Shown: piece after piece, positions 9,473 to 19,667 of the stretch
How positions within the stretch are numbered: the first letter of the stretch is position 1
Layout of the letters: each line of letters starts with the position of its first letter
Source of the DNA: a virus
Lineage: Duplodnaviria; Caudoviricetes
Virus record (IMG/VR): IMGVR_UViG_3300019879_000025
Location: 1 to 50,653 of that record
Length of the DNA stretch: 50,653 nt
Direction: 5' to 3' (one strand)
Made by a program: the position numbers and the translations under genes
The notes under the pieces: model-generated
Database searches by the model: none
What the model saw: only the letters and a program-made list of their open reading frames with translations
What the model was told of the DNA's origin: nothing

Positions 9473-11386
9473 CTATCTCAACTGTTGGCCTGTATTTGTA
9501 TCGAACCAGGTCTTTCCGTCATCTGAGCCAATCTTCTGATTACCTTTCCTGAAAACATACTGATAAAACTGGCCATTCTGCTTCTTGATGCCATTCGGGT
9601 TGCCCGCTGGAGGTTTCCCTGTCTGCTGCGGCGCTGGTGCATTGGGCGTTACCGGCTGCTGCGCGCGCCCGGCAGCCACCGGGTTAGGCGTTTGCGGTCT
9701 GCGGCTGACTATCTCCTGCTCGACCTTCTGTTTCTGGCCTTCGAGTTGATCAATCTGCTTCTGGGCCGATGCCGCCATGGCATCAAGAGTGGCCTTTGAA
9801 TTCGCATCAATCCCAGGAGATGCGGACGCTTCCGTGTTCTGTCGAACGTCTTCCTCATATTTCTGGATCTGCCGATCGATACCGGATGTGCGACGGCCGT
9901 ACTCCTGGCGTTCAGCGGGATTAACGAACGTCTCTCCACCAACAGGCTTACGTCCAAGAGCTTCATCCAATTGCTGTTTACTGAATTGATTGGCGATCGA
10001 GTCTGCGTCTTTTCCCTGGATCTGGTGGTCTCGGGCATAGGCCATGATGTTGGCCGCATCTACCTTGCTCCATTTTGGCCCTTCACCTGTATGCACATGG
10101 ATATGCGGGTTGTTCTTGTTTTCCGACATCGCCGCGCGCGTATACGGGCCGGCCTTGACGAGCTTGCCGTTGGCGTCGTACGTGGTGATCCCGTTCGCGA
10201 TCTCCCAACTCCAGCCTTCATCGTTGTTCTTTGGCGCGATAGTAGCGTCCCCGGCCATAAACTTGCCCGTCTGGGAATTGAACGTTGGCGCCTGCATGGA
10301 CTTCTTGAGGTCTTCTGCCTGCTGGCGTACTTGATTCGTCTTCGCACGCTCGGCGTTGACCGCTTCGTCTTTGATCGTGCGCTCATTAAGAACATCCTGC
10401 TGGGCTGCAGTTTTGGCTTCGTCTCTGTACTGGGTGTTCTTGTTCTGGAAGTCGTGCTCCTGAAGAGTGGCCTCTCTATCGAGAGCTGACTGCTGTTCGG
10501 TGGCTCCCTTCAGTTGCGCCTGCCGGGTTGCCTCATCCCTGGTGTAGCGCGAGTTTACAGCGCCTGGACCGATGTAGTTGGGATCATTCGGGTTGGACGT
10601 TACTTCGGCGAGGCCAGGAACACCGTGGCCAAGCGTAGCGGCTGCACCCATCAGAATCCTGCGCCCCAAGCCCATCTTGTATTGTGGCTGGGTGTTGCCT
10701 GCTGCGTCAGTCTTTGGGATAGGCGCTGACGTTCGAGAGATCGCGTCGATCGCTGCCGCTCTCCTTGGATCCGCTACCGGTGCATCTGGCGCCGGAGGCA
10801 ACGTCGATACAGCCGATGGACGTGGGCTCATATCAGTCATGCGCCGCAAGTCCGCCGGGGGCCTTGCAACTACTCCAGGGGCGGGTTCCGGAGCGCCTAA
10901 CGCAGGAGGCGTTATAGGTGGAACAGAAGTGAGCGTATCCAGCACCGATGGTGGTTTAGCGGCCGGCATTGTTGTACGAGGCAGCATGTTGCGCATGGGT
11001 GGGGCGAACGTAACAGGTTCCGGGGAACCTGCGCTTGTGGCAGGGGTTGCTCCATTATCGCCACGATCTCCCAATGTGGGCTGCGGTTTTACCATCGACA
11101 CTGCCTGCTGCATTCGCGCAGGAGTAGTATCTCCACCACCGCCATCAATGAGTCCCTGCTTTGCCTGTGCGACGACATTGTCAATTTCTTCTGGCAGATC
11201 CGGACGTTTTTTGAATCCGATATCGGTGGCGCCCGCCTGGTTCCGGTATTGACCCATCGTCATCGGTGGCGCAGCCTGGGCGGTCTCATCTGGACCATCT
11301 TCTGGTTGGCGTAACGCAGCGAGAAGCCGGCGGCCTACTGATTCCCGGTCATCGTCACCTTCGTCACCGTAGTAATATGGCGCCAT
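9473..11386 (-). CDS. Putative ejection/internal virion protein (637 aa, Pro/Ala/Gln-rich, coiled coil)
   Basis: Low complexity with a Gly-rich hydrophobic patch. Lies between the nozzle cluster and the giant protein, as in podovirus ejection-gene order. Confidence 0.65.
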   Translation of the reverse strand: MAPYYYGDEGDDDRESVGRRLLAALRQPEDGPDETAQAAPPMTMGQYRNQAGATDIGFKKRPDLPEEIDNVVAQAKQGLIDGGGGDTTPARMQQAVSMVKPQPTLGDRGDNGATPATSAGSPEPVTFAPPMRNMLPRTTMPAAKPPSVLDTLTSVPPITPPALGAPEPAPGVVARPPADLRRMTDMSPRPSAVSTLPPAPDAPVADPRRAAAIDAISRTSAPIPKTDAAGNTQPQYKMGLGRRILMGAAATLGHGVPGLAEVTSNPNDPNYIGPGAVNSRYTRDEATRQAQLKGATEQQSALDREATLQEHDFQNKNTQYRDEAKTAAQQDVLNERTIKDEAVNAERAKTNQVRQQAEDLKKSMQAPTFNSQTGKFMAGDATIAPKNNDEGWSWEIANGITTYDANGKLVKAGPYTRAAMSENKNNPHIHVHTGEGPKWSKVDAANIMAYARDHQIQGKDADSIANQFSKQQLDEALGRKPVGGETFVNPAERQEYGRRTSGIDRQIQKYEEDVRQNTEASASPGIDANSKATLDAMAASAQKQIDQLEGQKQKVEQEIVSRRPQTPNPVAAGRAQQPVTPNAPAPQQTGKPPAGNPNGIKKQNGQFYQYVFRKGNQKIGSDDGKTWFDTNTGQQLR

Positions 11387-11387
11387 T

Positions 11388-12188
11388 TTATTTGACCTCG
11401 GAGAGTGCTTTATTCAGGGCACGAATAAACAACGGCCGCAGGAATGTACGCACCAGGGAAGAACGCCGCGCCAGACCAGCCACGCTACGACCAAAGGTAC
11501 GATAGAACCACATCACAACGGAACCCATGGGCTGTTTTGCGAATGATTCATTCAGCCACGCACGCAGAATGAACACTCGGATATCTGTCGGCGACCAAAG
11601 GGCCTCGGCAATCCAGCATCCACTTGCTGCGTACGCGGATCCACCTTTAGCAGCGTAGTCCAATGCTGTCTGCCACCACGGTGGTTGATTCTCTGCCTTT
11701 TGCGCGGTGTTGAGTCCAGCATCCGCTCCGCTTACTGATTGTCCATATCCGCCCTCCCACATTTGCGGGATCTTGCCTTCCTCGCCAACCTGAAATTCTT
11801 TACCGCGGTTCAGTGCATCCGTGGCAGCCAGATCCTGCTTGGCATTAAATGAGGTAAGGTCTCGAGCGCCAGCCCGTGCAGATTCGGCTTCGACCGCAGG
11901 CACGTTGGCTTGGTTATATCCAGTGCGCTGCGCGTCCCTCGCGATTGTGTCCTCAAAGCCTTTTTGGCTGGCCTGGGACACATCATTTGCCATTACCTTG
12001 GAATCACCGAGGAAGGTGCCGCCGGGACCATAGGTGCTGTCCAGCCAGTCTCCATACTTACCGATTCCACTACTGAAGTCGTTGATGCCGGACTGCACGC
12101 CACCAAAGGCAGTTTGGGCGTTGGCCTGATCCTGTTTTGAATTGGCTTCTGCCTGCTGTCCGATGCGTTTTTGATCTGATTTACCCAT
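11388..12188 (-). CDS. Putative ejection (pilot) protein with CFI-box-CTERM-like C-terminal domain
   Basis: Gly/Ala/Gln-rich N-terminus. C-terminus GCWIAEALW...LRAWL...YRTFGRSVA resembles the CFI-box-CTERM pattern. Confidence 0.6.
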   Translation of the reverse strand: MGKSDQKRIGQQAEANSKQDQANAQTAFGGVQSGINDFSSGIGKYGDWLDSTYGPGGTFLGDSKVMANDVSQASQKGFEDTIARDAQRTGYNQANVPAVEAESARAGARDLTSFNAKQDLAATDALNRGKEFQVGEEGKIPQMWEGGYGQSVSGADAGLNTAQKAENQPPWWQTALDYAAKGGSAYAASGCWIAEALWSPTDIRVFILRAWLNESFAKQPMGSVVMWFYRTFGRSVAGLARRSSLVRTFLRPLFIRALNKALSEVK

Positions 12189-12195
12189 GATCTCC

Positions 12196-12621
12196 TCAAA
12201 GCATCCGACGATAGTGGATCATACCGGTCGGCTTTAGTTTGGCCTTGTCCAAGTGGCGATCGTTAGCCTTTTCCCATGGTCCAGGCATAACGAAGGCATG
12301 CAGCCAGCGCGCACCGGCTTTGCTGGCCATGGCAAACACCGTTTCGCGAAAGTCGGTTATTTCCTTGAGGGCATCGGGGTCGACGCCGACCAGGTTCCAT
12401 TCAAGGCACAGTTCGATGTAGAGCGCCTCGACGATCTCGCCGCCGTGCTCTACGACCCAATAAAACACAGCTGGGTTACGCTTCAGGTTGCCTTCTGCAT
12501 CTTTGATCATCAACTCTGGAAGATCCATGCTCCCAGCTGGGCGCCCAATTTTCTCCTCAAGTTGTGCTTGGCAGCGGACGATCGCGGGCCAATCTTCATG
12601 AACCGCTTCCCTGATGTTCAT
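12196..12621 (-). CDS. GNAT-fold virion assembly protein (putative)
   Basis: MNIREAVHEDWPAI start is GNAT-like; occupies the slot between nozzle and ejection genes typical of podoviruses. Confidence 0.5.
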   Translation of the reverse strand: MNIREAVHEDWPAIVRCQAQLEEKIGRPAGSMDLPELMIKDAEGNLKRNPAVFYWVVEHGGEIVEALYIELCLEWNLVGVDPDALKEITDFRETVFAMASKAGARWLHAFVMPGPWEKANDRHLDKAKLKPTGMIHYRRML

Positions 12622-13145
12622 ACTTCCGCCAACGTTGCCAAGAGGTCTTTTGCGGGACTTGCGTCTCCAAAAGTCTGTCCACCATCAACCGATGTAAATA
12701 CGCGGAAGAACAAGCCAGCAGGTCCAGGAACCGTGAATACATGCTGACTCCCGATGCCGTAATCCGTAACGTTTGCCTGAAAGTTTGCATCCGTTGATGA
12801 TTCCAGGTTGTATGTGGCTGTGACGCCCAGAGGTACGGCCGCGAGCGTCCTCGCCGATAACTGGTTAGCACTTTCCGCTGCTACGCTCCATGGCGCCGTC
12901 ACCGTGACATTGTAAAAACCGGTAGCCACGTTGAATGCGACTTTCAGTCCTGCCGGGTTTTGCGGTGCAGGGTTCTGGGACGGAGGAGGGTTGTTTGGGG
13001 AGTCAACCTGTGTCTGTGGGTTTGCTCCCGTAACGTTCTCCAACAGCAAGAGACGCTCATGGATTTCTCCCGCGATACGATGGACCGCAGACCGAACATT
13101 AGAGTCTTCGATACCGTCTGCATACATCCTTGGATCAGTTGGCAT
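12618..13145 (-). CDS. Putative tail-associated protein (175 aa)
   Basis: Follows the nozzle gene; beta-rich C-terminal half. Confidence 0.45.
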   Translation of the reverse strand: MPTDPRMYADGIEDSNVRSAVHRIAGEIHERLLLLENVTGANPQTQVDSPNNPPPSQNPAPQNPAGLKVAFNVATGFYNVTVTAPWSVAAESANQLSARTLAAVPLGVTATYNLESSTDANFQANVTDYGIGSQHVFTVPGPAGLFFRVFTSVDGGQTFGDASPAKDLLATLAEV

Positions 13146-13148
13146 ACT

Positions 13149-15944
13149 CTAAACCCCTGGCCTAGCCCCTGATATCTTACGGGCGTAGATGGCGGCCCAC
13201 TGGATATCGAATCCAGCGTCCGCGATGCGGTTGTTGTGGATTCTGAGACGGAACCGCTCATTCTGTCCATTGGCTCCGCATGAATATCCAACAGGAGAAG
13301 TGATTCTGTTCCAGACCCTTTGTAGTTGCCGATAGAGTTGAGGATCAGTACCACCAGATTCTGGGCTCACACTCCTACCGAATAGAACCTCAACAAAGTT
13401 ATCGCCCGCGGGTGTGCCATTCAACTGAACACCGCCGAGTTGATTCACCGCCATTAACTCCTCATGCGTAGCGGTTTCAATGACGCAATCGATTCCGCCG
13501 CCATTGTCGTTATAGACATATGGCAAAATCACGTTCACCGTGCCATCAGCATTCGAACCCCCGAGCATGATCTGTGTGTTCAGAATGCTTGCGTCCAATA
13601 GCGGGGCTGGATTGACGAGCGTGCGTTCTGCCCTGAAGATCACATTGGCCGCGATATCGTCGATACTCCACTTTCTGGCGATCGGTGACGCTACAAGTTT
13701 GCCGCTGAAACTCATATGGAACGGCGCCGCAAACTCTTCGTTGAGCGTCGGGTCGTGCGACTGCCTATAGTTACACTTCAATATCACGTTGTTAAGAATG
13801 CTCTGATCGAGCGGTACCGCAACGCGAATCTCCTTTTCCTCGTCATCGACATGCACAACAATGTTTTGAGCAAAATTCCAGTTAATGCGGGCCCAAAGCT
13901 TGCTGATCTCTCGAGTGATCGGGTACGGCTGGTTGCCTTGGTAGATATACAGGCCACTGCGATGGGCATAAGCCATAAAGCGTGAGCAGACGTCGACCGC
14001 ACGCGAACCGCAGGGCCCTGACCCTACCCAACGCTCCTGAACTGACCAGGTCGAAGGATCGGAAGATCCAGGGCTCATGACATAGCCGGAACGCTCTTTG
14101 AGTAGGTATACCTGCCCGCGCCATTCCCGCGAAGTGATTGCGCGGCCGGAAATAGAGTTTCCCTGTGCCACGATGACGAGTCCGGTATCGCCGTAAACCG
14201 CTTCGGGGTTGTTCGCTAGGGATACGTACCACCCATCGGGGATTACATCTGCTTGATAGAGAAGTCGGCCGATCGAGCGCATGAACTGAATATCAGCGCA
14301 CCCAGGAAGTTGAATTAGCCGGAAGTTGTTGGTTACGTTGGCATTTCCGATGAGCGCCTGAAGGTAGGTGTCAGTGAAGTTGAATACGCCACTGGTTGTG
14401 ACGTTGTCATTGATCACTGTCGAGGTGATGGCAATACCGTTCGACACGTCATTAGCTGGAACGTAGAAGTAGGGCCCAGCCGATGAAGAGCCGGCCGCGG
14501 TGAAGGCCAAGATTCTTTGCGCTGTGTGTGGAGTTGGCCCAAGCGGGATGTTGACCGCGCGGATCTGTGCACCGTTGTTAAACCCGACTGGGATGTGGGA
14601 CGGGCCGGCTCCTGCTAGCCCGCCGGCGACATTAAACTCCACCGCGCTCGGGGACGTCATGCCGGAAATGTAGCCATTCCGGTTTACGAACAAGACCACC
14701 ATCCAGCGCTGTGCACCTGAAGCAGTAACGCCAGTCGGCCATGGAACGTTACCCGGGGATGGCGCCACCAGTGCCGATGTTCCGCCCACAACAGGGAATA
14801 CGGTGCCGCCGGCAGTGTTATCGACGTTTACCGTTGTTCCAAGCGCGAGGTTTTGGGGCCCGCCTGCAACTTTCCGGTACGTGGAAAGCGCTGGTGATGC
14901 GGCGCCGGTTGCAACATCTGCTTGGTACAACTCCCAATTAAGGGGCGCAAACGCTGGTGGCAAGTTCGTTAACCACGATCGAAGAACAGTCGCCACCTTA
15001 ACCTGAAATCGATCATTGAGCACCGTGTTCTGGAAAACTATGCCAGAAACACCATTTGTCTCAATCTCCACGCCGCTCTGGTCTGGCACGCGCAAGGTCG
15101 CTGCCAGGTAGATATCGCGCCCGGCGGCAAATGCACCAGCGCCGGGTACGCGCGTTGTGGATAGAGTGAACCCTGATGTCGGCTTGGTTCCAAGTGTCGG
15201 CGTAAAGAAGTTGCCAGCGATCGGGCCAGCAATACCGATGGAGTCTGGACCAGGAACAGCTAGAGCGAACACGGGGGTATTTTCTGTCCATACTGCGGTA
15301 CCAGGCGCGACTTCAGCAATGACCGATCCATCGCCTGCGGTCTGGAACCCTGCGGGCTCTGCTGCTCCGGTTATGCCTGCGGTCGTACAGCGGAACACCC
15401 GTCCAAGGTTAGGAGTAAGCGCTGAACAGATACATTCTCCAACAACATACCTTGTTGCCGCCTGCCATGCCTGGCCCAATGGGCGCAAACTCAGAGGATC
15501 AAGAAATCCGGTTGTGAGGTTATATACAGCAGGAAGTGCTGTCGATCGCAGGAGATTGGTGAGTGCGAGGTAGGCGCCTATGAATGCTGGAGAGATCTGC
15601 ATCGAGCCGGGTGGCAACGATACGGTGGAGTTAGAGATTGAGACAAGCGTCCCGCTTCCAGCAGGAGATTCTACCCAAAGGCCTCCCTGTTGATCGAAGA
15701 TCAAAGGAACCTGCTGGAGCGTCAATGGGTTCACCAGAGACGCTCCGCCGGTTATTGGATTGAGCCTGCCCGTGCTGATTCCCCACTGCTTGGAGAGACC
15801 ATCACGTGTACGCACACTACTCCCGTGGAATCTTACATTTCGCATCAATGGAGAGAGGCCGACCGGAATTTTGGTTATGTCCTCTTCGTCCATCATTGAA
15901 CCGAAGATCTCGAACTGACGGAGAGTGTACCCTTCGAAGTTCAC
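13149..15944 (-). CDS. Tail nozzle / tail tubular protein B-like (931 aa)
   Basis: Size and position after the adaptor. N-terminal LMRNVRFHGSSVRTRDG and beta-propeller-like C-terminal half (GPCGSRAV...AYAHRSGLYIYQG...PITREI) are typical of P22 gp10/T7 gp12-like nozzles. Includes a WQAATRYVVGE...VFRCTTAGITG insert. Confidence 0.7.
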   Translation of the reverse strand: MNFEGYTLRQFEIFGSMMDEEDITKIPVGLSPLMRNVRFHGSSVRTRDGLSKQWGISTGRLNPITGGASLVNPLTLQQVPLIFDQQGGLWVESPAGSGTLVSISNSTVSLPPGSMQISPAFIGAYLALTNLLRSTALPAVYNLTTGFLDPLSLRPLGQAWQAATRYVVGECICSALTPNLGRVFRCTTAGITGAAEPAGFQTAGDGSVIAEVAPGTAVWTENTPVFALAVPGPDSIGIAGPIAGNFFTPTLGTKPTSGFTLSTTRVPGAGAFAAGRDIYLAATLRVPDQSGVEIETNGVSGIVFQNTVLNDRFQVKVATVLRSWLTNLPPAFAPLNWELYQADVATGAASPALSTYRKVAGGPQNLALGTTVNVDNTAGGTVFPVVGGTSALVAPSPGNVPWPTGVTASGAQRWMVVLFVNRNGYISGMTSPSAVEFNVAGGLAGAGPSHIPVGFNNGAQIRAVNIPLGPTPHTAQRILAFTAAGSSSAGPYFYVPANDVSNGIAITSTVINDNVTTSGVFNFTDTYLQALIGNANVTNNFRLIQLPGCADIQFMRSIGRLLYQADVIPDGWYVSLANNPEAVYGDTGLVIVAQGNSISGRAITSREWRGQVYLLKERSGYVMSPGSSDPSTWSVQERWVGSGPCGSRAVDVCSRFMAYAHRSGLYIYQGNQPYPITREISKLWARINWNFAQNIVVHVDDEEKEIRVAVPLDQSILNNVILKCNYRQSHDPTLNEEFAAPFHMSFSGKLVASPIARKWSIDDIAANVIFRAERTLVNPAPLLDASILNTQIMLGGSNADGTVNVILPYVYNDNGGGIDCVIETATHEELMAVNQLGGVQLNGTPAGDNFVEVLFGRSVSPESGGTDPQLYRQLQRVWNRITSPVGYSCGANGQNERFRLRIHNNRIADAGFDIQWAAIYARKISGARPGV

Positions 15945-15954
15945 AGGCCCTGAT

Positions 15955-16350
15955 CTAGGTTCCCGTTCTCCAGGTCAAGGAGATCACTAACTGCTGTCCG
16001 CCGACTCCATTGAAGTTCGCGAGGGTAATGCCCTGGCCCGAGTATGCGGCCGCAGCAAATTCCGCACCGCCACCCGTATAGAACTTGATCTTGAGGGTGG
16101 ATAGTGACGCGGACGTGATGATACCGCAGTAAACTCCGCCCATTTCCTCAAGATAGATGCCAGGTGGAAGCAACGGAACGCGGCTCGGGATCGGGTGGGA
16201 TATGAAGTTAGGGTTTAGCGGACTGGTTGCACTGGCAAGATTGGCAGTATCTCCGCCTATAACGTAGTTCCCAGACGGGGCAATGCCAATGAATGTCGTG
16301 GTCTGCGTTCCGCCGGCCTGGACATCGATCACGGAAAGGGTAAGAGCCAT
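15955..16350 (-). CDS. Small virion structural protein (131 aa)
   Basis: Beta-rich, GNYVIGGD motif, RBS TAGGAG upstream, inside the structural operon. Confidence 0.55.
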   Translation of the reverse strand: MALTLSVIDVQAGGTQTTTFIGIAPSGNYVIGGDTANLASATSPLNPNFISHPIPSRVPLLPPGIYLEEMGGVYCGIITSASLSTLKIKFYTGGGAEFAAAAYSGQGITLANFNGVGGQQLVISLTWRTGT

Positions 16351-16378
16351 GTTTATTTTCTCCTAAAAGTACGGGTTT

Positions 16379-17062
16379 CTATCGTGGATTTATCGAACGG
16401 CGCCAGCGGCGACCTGTGTGCAAACGGCCTACGCGCCTTATTTTCTTCTGGTTCTGTCGCGACAGGAACTGCGCGACATCATCAAACGAATCGTCTGCTT
16501 TCTTGCTGTATGCCTGGATCCATCCCTGGTTGCCGCGCACCACCCCGATCAAGGCCGCGACTCCATAGGCTAGAACCACGCCGAAGTTGTTTGTGATTCG
16601 CACAACGTCTGACTCGTCTGCCAGCGGCGCGAATATGAATTCACCGGTAACGCGGATATCCATCGCAAGTACCGACGGCGTAAAGTAAACGACCCCGGAC
16701 CTCCACTCCCAGTCCGTGATTATCTGCCCAAGTGTTACGTCACTAACTTTGTCTACAAACTCGGCCTGCCTGTAACTGACTGTGGCCAAGCCGTTTTGCT
16801 TGTATTCTAAGATGCTCGGCTGGAACATTAACTCGAGCGGTTTGCTTGCCGCCTGATACTGGCTCAGGTCGGTGGTCTGTGCCGGCACGTTAATGAGTTC
16901 TACGGATTTGCGTTCGAAAGCGCCATCCGCGGCAAGGAGCTTGTTGGCCGACTCCTCGTAGATTTGGTTGACCAGGGGAGAGAGGAACGCATCGGACGTG
17001 TATGTCCCATCCGTGTCGTCCACCAATCCCCTGATCCGCGCTTTGAGGTCCGAATAGAACAC
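16379..17062 (-). CDS. Head-tail adaptor / tail tubular protein A-like
   Basis: Likely GTG start at 17062 just after the upstream stop (MFYSDLKARIRGLVDD...). Helical N-terminus and VLAYGVAAL C-terminal helix are typical of adaptors; lies before the nozzle. Confidence 0.6.
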   Translation of the reverse strand: MFYSDLKARIRGLVDDTDGTYTSDAFLSPLVNQIYEESANKLLAADGAFERKSVELINVPAQTTDLSQYQAASKPLELMFQPSILEYKQNGLATVSYRQAEFVDKVSDVTLGQIITDWEWRSGVVYFTPSVLAMDIRVTGEFIFAPLADESDVVRITNNFGVVLAYGVAALIGVVRGNQGWIQAYSKKADDSFDDVAQFLSRQNQKKIRRVGRLHTGRRWRRSINPR

Positions 17063-17063
17063 T

Positions 17064-18104
17064 TTAGTCCTTTGCTGCTTCTTTGGCGTTGCCCTTTTTG
17101 GTTTTCTTTGCTGTCTCACCATCACTCCGGGCCGCGTCACGCTCTGCCTTGATTTCATTGGCCGCGCCCCATTGCTCGGCCGTCATGCGGTCCATTGCGA
17201 GATCGCCGTAAGGGATAAGCGCCATCTTGTAGGCCCGAAGCGGGTCGTACACGAAGCCGCAGGTCTTGCACTGTGCAAAACGCTTCTCCGGTATCTCGCC
17301 GCAGTTTGGACATGGTTCAGTGTTCTGCCCAAGCACGACTGGATTGGCTACCAGCCATTCAGGTTTACGGGAAATGATCTTCAGGTGCAGCGCCATGGCC
17401 GCGGCGTCCCGGTGATGGTTCACCACTTCGATACGTCTGGTCGGCATGCCCCAGATGGAATCGGCAATCTGGCACTGTGCGAGGATGTACCGATTGCGGG
17501 CCGCTTCCGCTTCTTGAAGTTTGTGCTTCAATCCAGGCGTTGAATCCGGAAGGCCATCGCCCTCGTACGCGATCACTCCCCAGTGAGCACCATCGATAAA
17601 CTCATGGATGTAGTCCTCCGCGAGTTTCTTTGGTATCCATGGGATCGAGGCGAAGTTATCGATATTGTCGAAGCCGGCCCCATTGTCCTTGACGTCCCAT
17701 TGGATTTCACTGATCACCTTCTGGACATAGGGAGAACCAATCGGGCATGCCGGGATCTGATTGCCATTGACTGCGATACGAGAGTGCAACACGCCGTTGA
17801 CGTTCAGCGGGTAAGGCATGAGGTTGACTACGCTCCAAGGGAAGTACCTCATGTCCTTGAGCATTTCTTGCATTTCGATGCGTGTGCGATGGAGTCTTTT
17901 TACTGCCTCTCCTGCGTTGGTGTCATTGAAAACTACATCGGGAGTGGAACCAGGAATCCGTATCGGCCTGCCACTGCCGTCATAGGTCACGCCAGAGGTG
18001 CGTTCGATAATCCGCTTTTGTTCGGCGTTCCATTCGGCTTCGGTTGGCGGAGTTACTGCTGGAAGTTGTACTCCATATTGTACTTCTGTCCCGTCGTTTG
18101 CCAT
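17064..18104 (-). CDS. Hypothetical protein with C-terminal zinc ribbon (346 aa)
   Basis: CPNCG...CKTCG motif; RBS AAGGAG upstream. Confidence 0.65.
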   Translation of the reverse strand: MANDGTEVQYGVQLPAVTPPTEAEWNAEQKRIIERTSGVTYDGSGRPIRIPGSTPDVVFNDTNAGEAVKRLHRTRIEMQEMLKDMRYFPWSVVNLMPYPLNVNGVLHSRIAVNGNQIPACPIGSPYVQKVISEIQWDVKDNGAGFDNIDNFASIPWIPKKLAEDYIHEFIDGAHWGVIAYEGDGLPDSTPGLKHKLQEAEAARNRYILAQCQIADSIWGMPTRRIEVVNHHRDAAAMALHLKIISRKPEWLVANPVVLGQNTEPCPNCGEIPEKRFAQCKTCGFVYDPLRAYKMALIPYGDLAMDRMTAEQWGAANEIKAERDAARSDGETAKKTKKGNAKEAAKD

Positions 18105-18403
18105 TTGTTACTCCTTTTGCTTCTTGTTTTTTACTGCTGCACTGCTAGACTTATGCGCCATGGGAAAACTTCTTCCGTCGGTCCATCGGATTCCGTACGA
18201 TGCGTACCACCAGCCGCTCAACGGGCGGTACTGGCGTCTCAGTAACAGGCTCATGGATAGGATTGGTGTTTGCAAAACAGAACATCGAAGACTTCAACTG
18301 ATGGCTCTTTCCTGGCACTGTATGGTGATGGCCAGGATCATCGACATCGAAGAGCGGTCGGTACCGGAACCTTCATACTTCGGGATGAAACTGCAAACCG
18401 CTC

Positions 18404-19105
18404 TCAGTTCCCAACGTGCTCCCTGATTCCGAGCTTTTCTGCCCGTTTTGTCCTGATCTTGCCAGCCGTAAGGGTGTTGCTCCGTAGATAACTGGTGAGA
18501 TCATTGGCCTCGAGCACAAAGTCCGCCACTAACTTCTTTTCGCGTCTGCTCTCCTCATAAATGCAGTTGTTGTAGGTGTCCAGTACCCTCTGGTCAAGAG
18601 AACTGCTACGGGCTCTCAGCGCCGACCAATGGGCATTCAGTAGACACCCAAGTTCGTGCTGTGACGGCAACCGCACCATCGGAGGATGCGTACACTCGTA
18701 ATCCCCATTCTCTGGATATGGCCCCAGTTTCGGGGTTCCATCAGGCATAAGGTGCTGGTGCGCAAACCACTGTTGGCGGGGATAGAACGCTGGCGACTTC
18801 CATACCTGAAGCATCCACCCATCAGCATGGGGAAACTTTAGACGCTGGACCAGTTTCCCGTAATCGTCACGCAGCGGTCTTGCGCCAGGGTTCAGTACGC
18901 CGCCACGCTCCGCAAGCGTAAGGTTTTCGTCCCAGACCTTTCCGCCGGCAATCATCCAGACAACGGACTTTGCCCAGACGAGCCGCCACATCGATTCACC
19001 GTAGGGATTGTGCCCGCCCACCTGAGAGAGAAACCGGTTCAGGTGTTTGGGAACTGGATCCGGAAGGATGATGTCTCGCCGATCAAACCTGGGCTTGTTC
19101 GCCAT
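18404..19105 (-). CDS. Hypothetical phage protein
   Basis: Long ORF in the operon (GGHNPYGESMWRLVW...LGPYPENGDYE); probable start MANKPR at 19105. Confidence 0.6.
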   Translation of the reverse strand: MANKPRFDRRDIILPDPVPKHLNRFLSQVGGHNPYGESMWRLVWAKSVVWMIAGGKVWDENLTLAERGGVLNPGARPLRDDYGKLVQRLKFPHADGWMLQVWKSPAFYPRQQWFAHQHLMPDGTPKLGPYPENGDYECTHPPMVRLPSQHELGCLLNAHWSALRARSSSLDQRVLDTYNNCIYEESRREKKLVADFVLEANDLTSYLRSNTLTAGKIRTKRAEKLGIREHVGN

Positions 19106-19595
19106 TCGCTGTCCTAGGCCGTCCACCAACCACGAAACTTATCTCTTGCTCATGGATCTGGAAGAGTTCGTACTTCGTTCCATCCTCTGCGAAGACGTCG
19201 ATACGCTGGTTGACGTATTTCGAGAAATGGACGTAGTTTCCAGGAAAAACACTGAGCGGAATGTACTTCCCGCCCTCAAGATGCCCCTCACCAACCGCAA
19301 CGACGATGCCAACGCACTGATCTTCCTTGGCGTTATCCGGAAGATGAATTTGGCCAAAGCGCGTGTCTTGAGGCAATGGATAGATCAGGACCTTGGCTCC
19401 GAGTGGCCGTCCTTCCATCTGATCCAGTACCTTAACGACTTCCATCGCCTGCGGATGACGAAGGACTTGCGCGCGCATGATCGCCGGTATACTGCGATCA
19501 GTTAAATCGTCTTTGGTAAGCGGGGCGACGGATGCAAGCGAACTGCGATGTACTACCTTTGCGAGTGCTGTCGATGTTTTCTTCTGTGCTGCCAA
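19083..19595 (-). CDS. groES: GroES/Cpn10-like co-chaperonin
   Basis: RPLGAKVLI...GQIHLPDNAKE...GIVVAVGEG...PLSVFPGNYVHFSKY matches GroES motifs. TTG start at 19595 after GGAG. Directly follows the capsid gene. Confidence 0.8.
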   Translation of the reverse strand: MAAQKKTSTALAKVVHRSSLASVAPLTKDDLTDRSIPAIMRAQVLRHPQAMEVVKVLDQMEGRPLGAKVLIYPLPQDTRFGQIHLPDNAKEDQCVGIVVAVGEGHLEGGKYIPLSVFPGNYVHFSKYVNQRIDVFAEDGTKYELFQIHEQEISFVVGGRPRTANGEQAQV

Positions 19596-19605
19596 TTTAT
19601 TCTCC

Positions 19606-19644
19606 AAAAAACAGCGCGATGGCCGCGACTAGCCACCGCGCCGC
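19606..19644 (-). terminator. Rho-independent terminator after the major capsid gene
   Basis: Minus strand GCGGCGCGGTGGCT-loop-GGCCATCGCGCTG followed by TTTTTT. Confidence 0.7.
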
Positions 19645-19667
19645 AAGTTTTACTTCCAGGTTAAGGC

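Noticed and set aside
18150-18400. Gap with LQFHPEV* followed by an open frame, suggesting read-through or a glutamine amidotransferase fragment
   Set aside because: No other amidotransferase motifs and no convincing start; probably chance. The region remains unexplained.
19380-19410. PLGAKVL in the GroES-like protein as another copy of the shared G-x-[RK]-[ILV]-L motif
   Set aside because: Explained by the canonical GroES PLxDRV motif.
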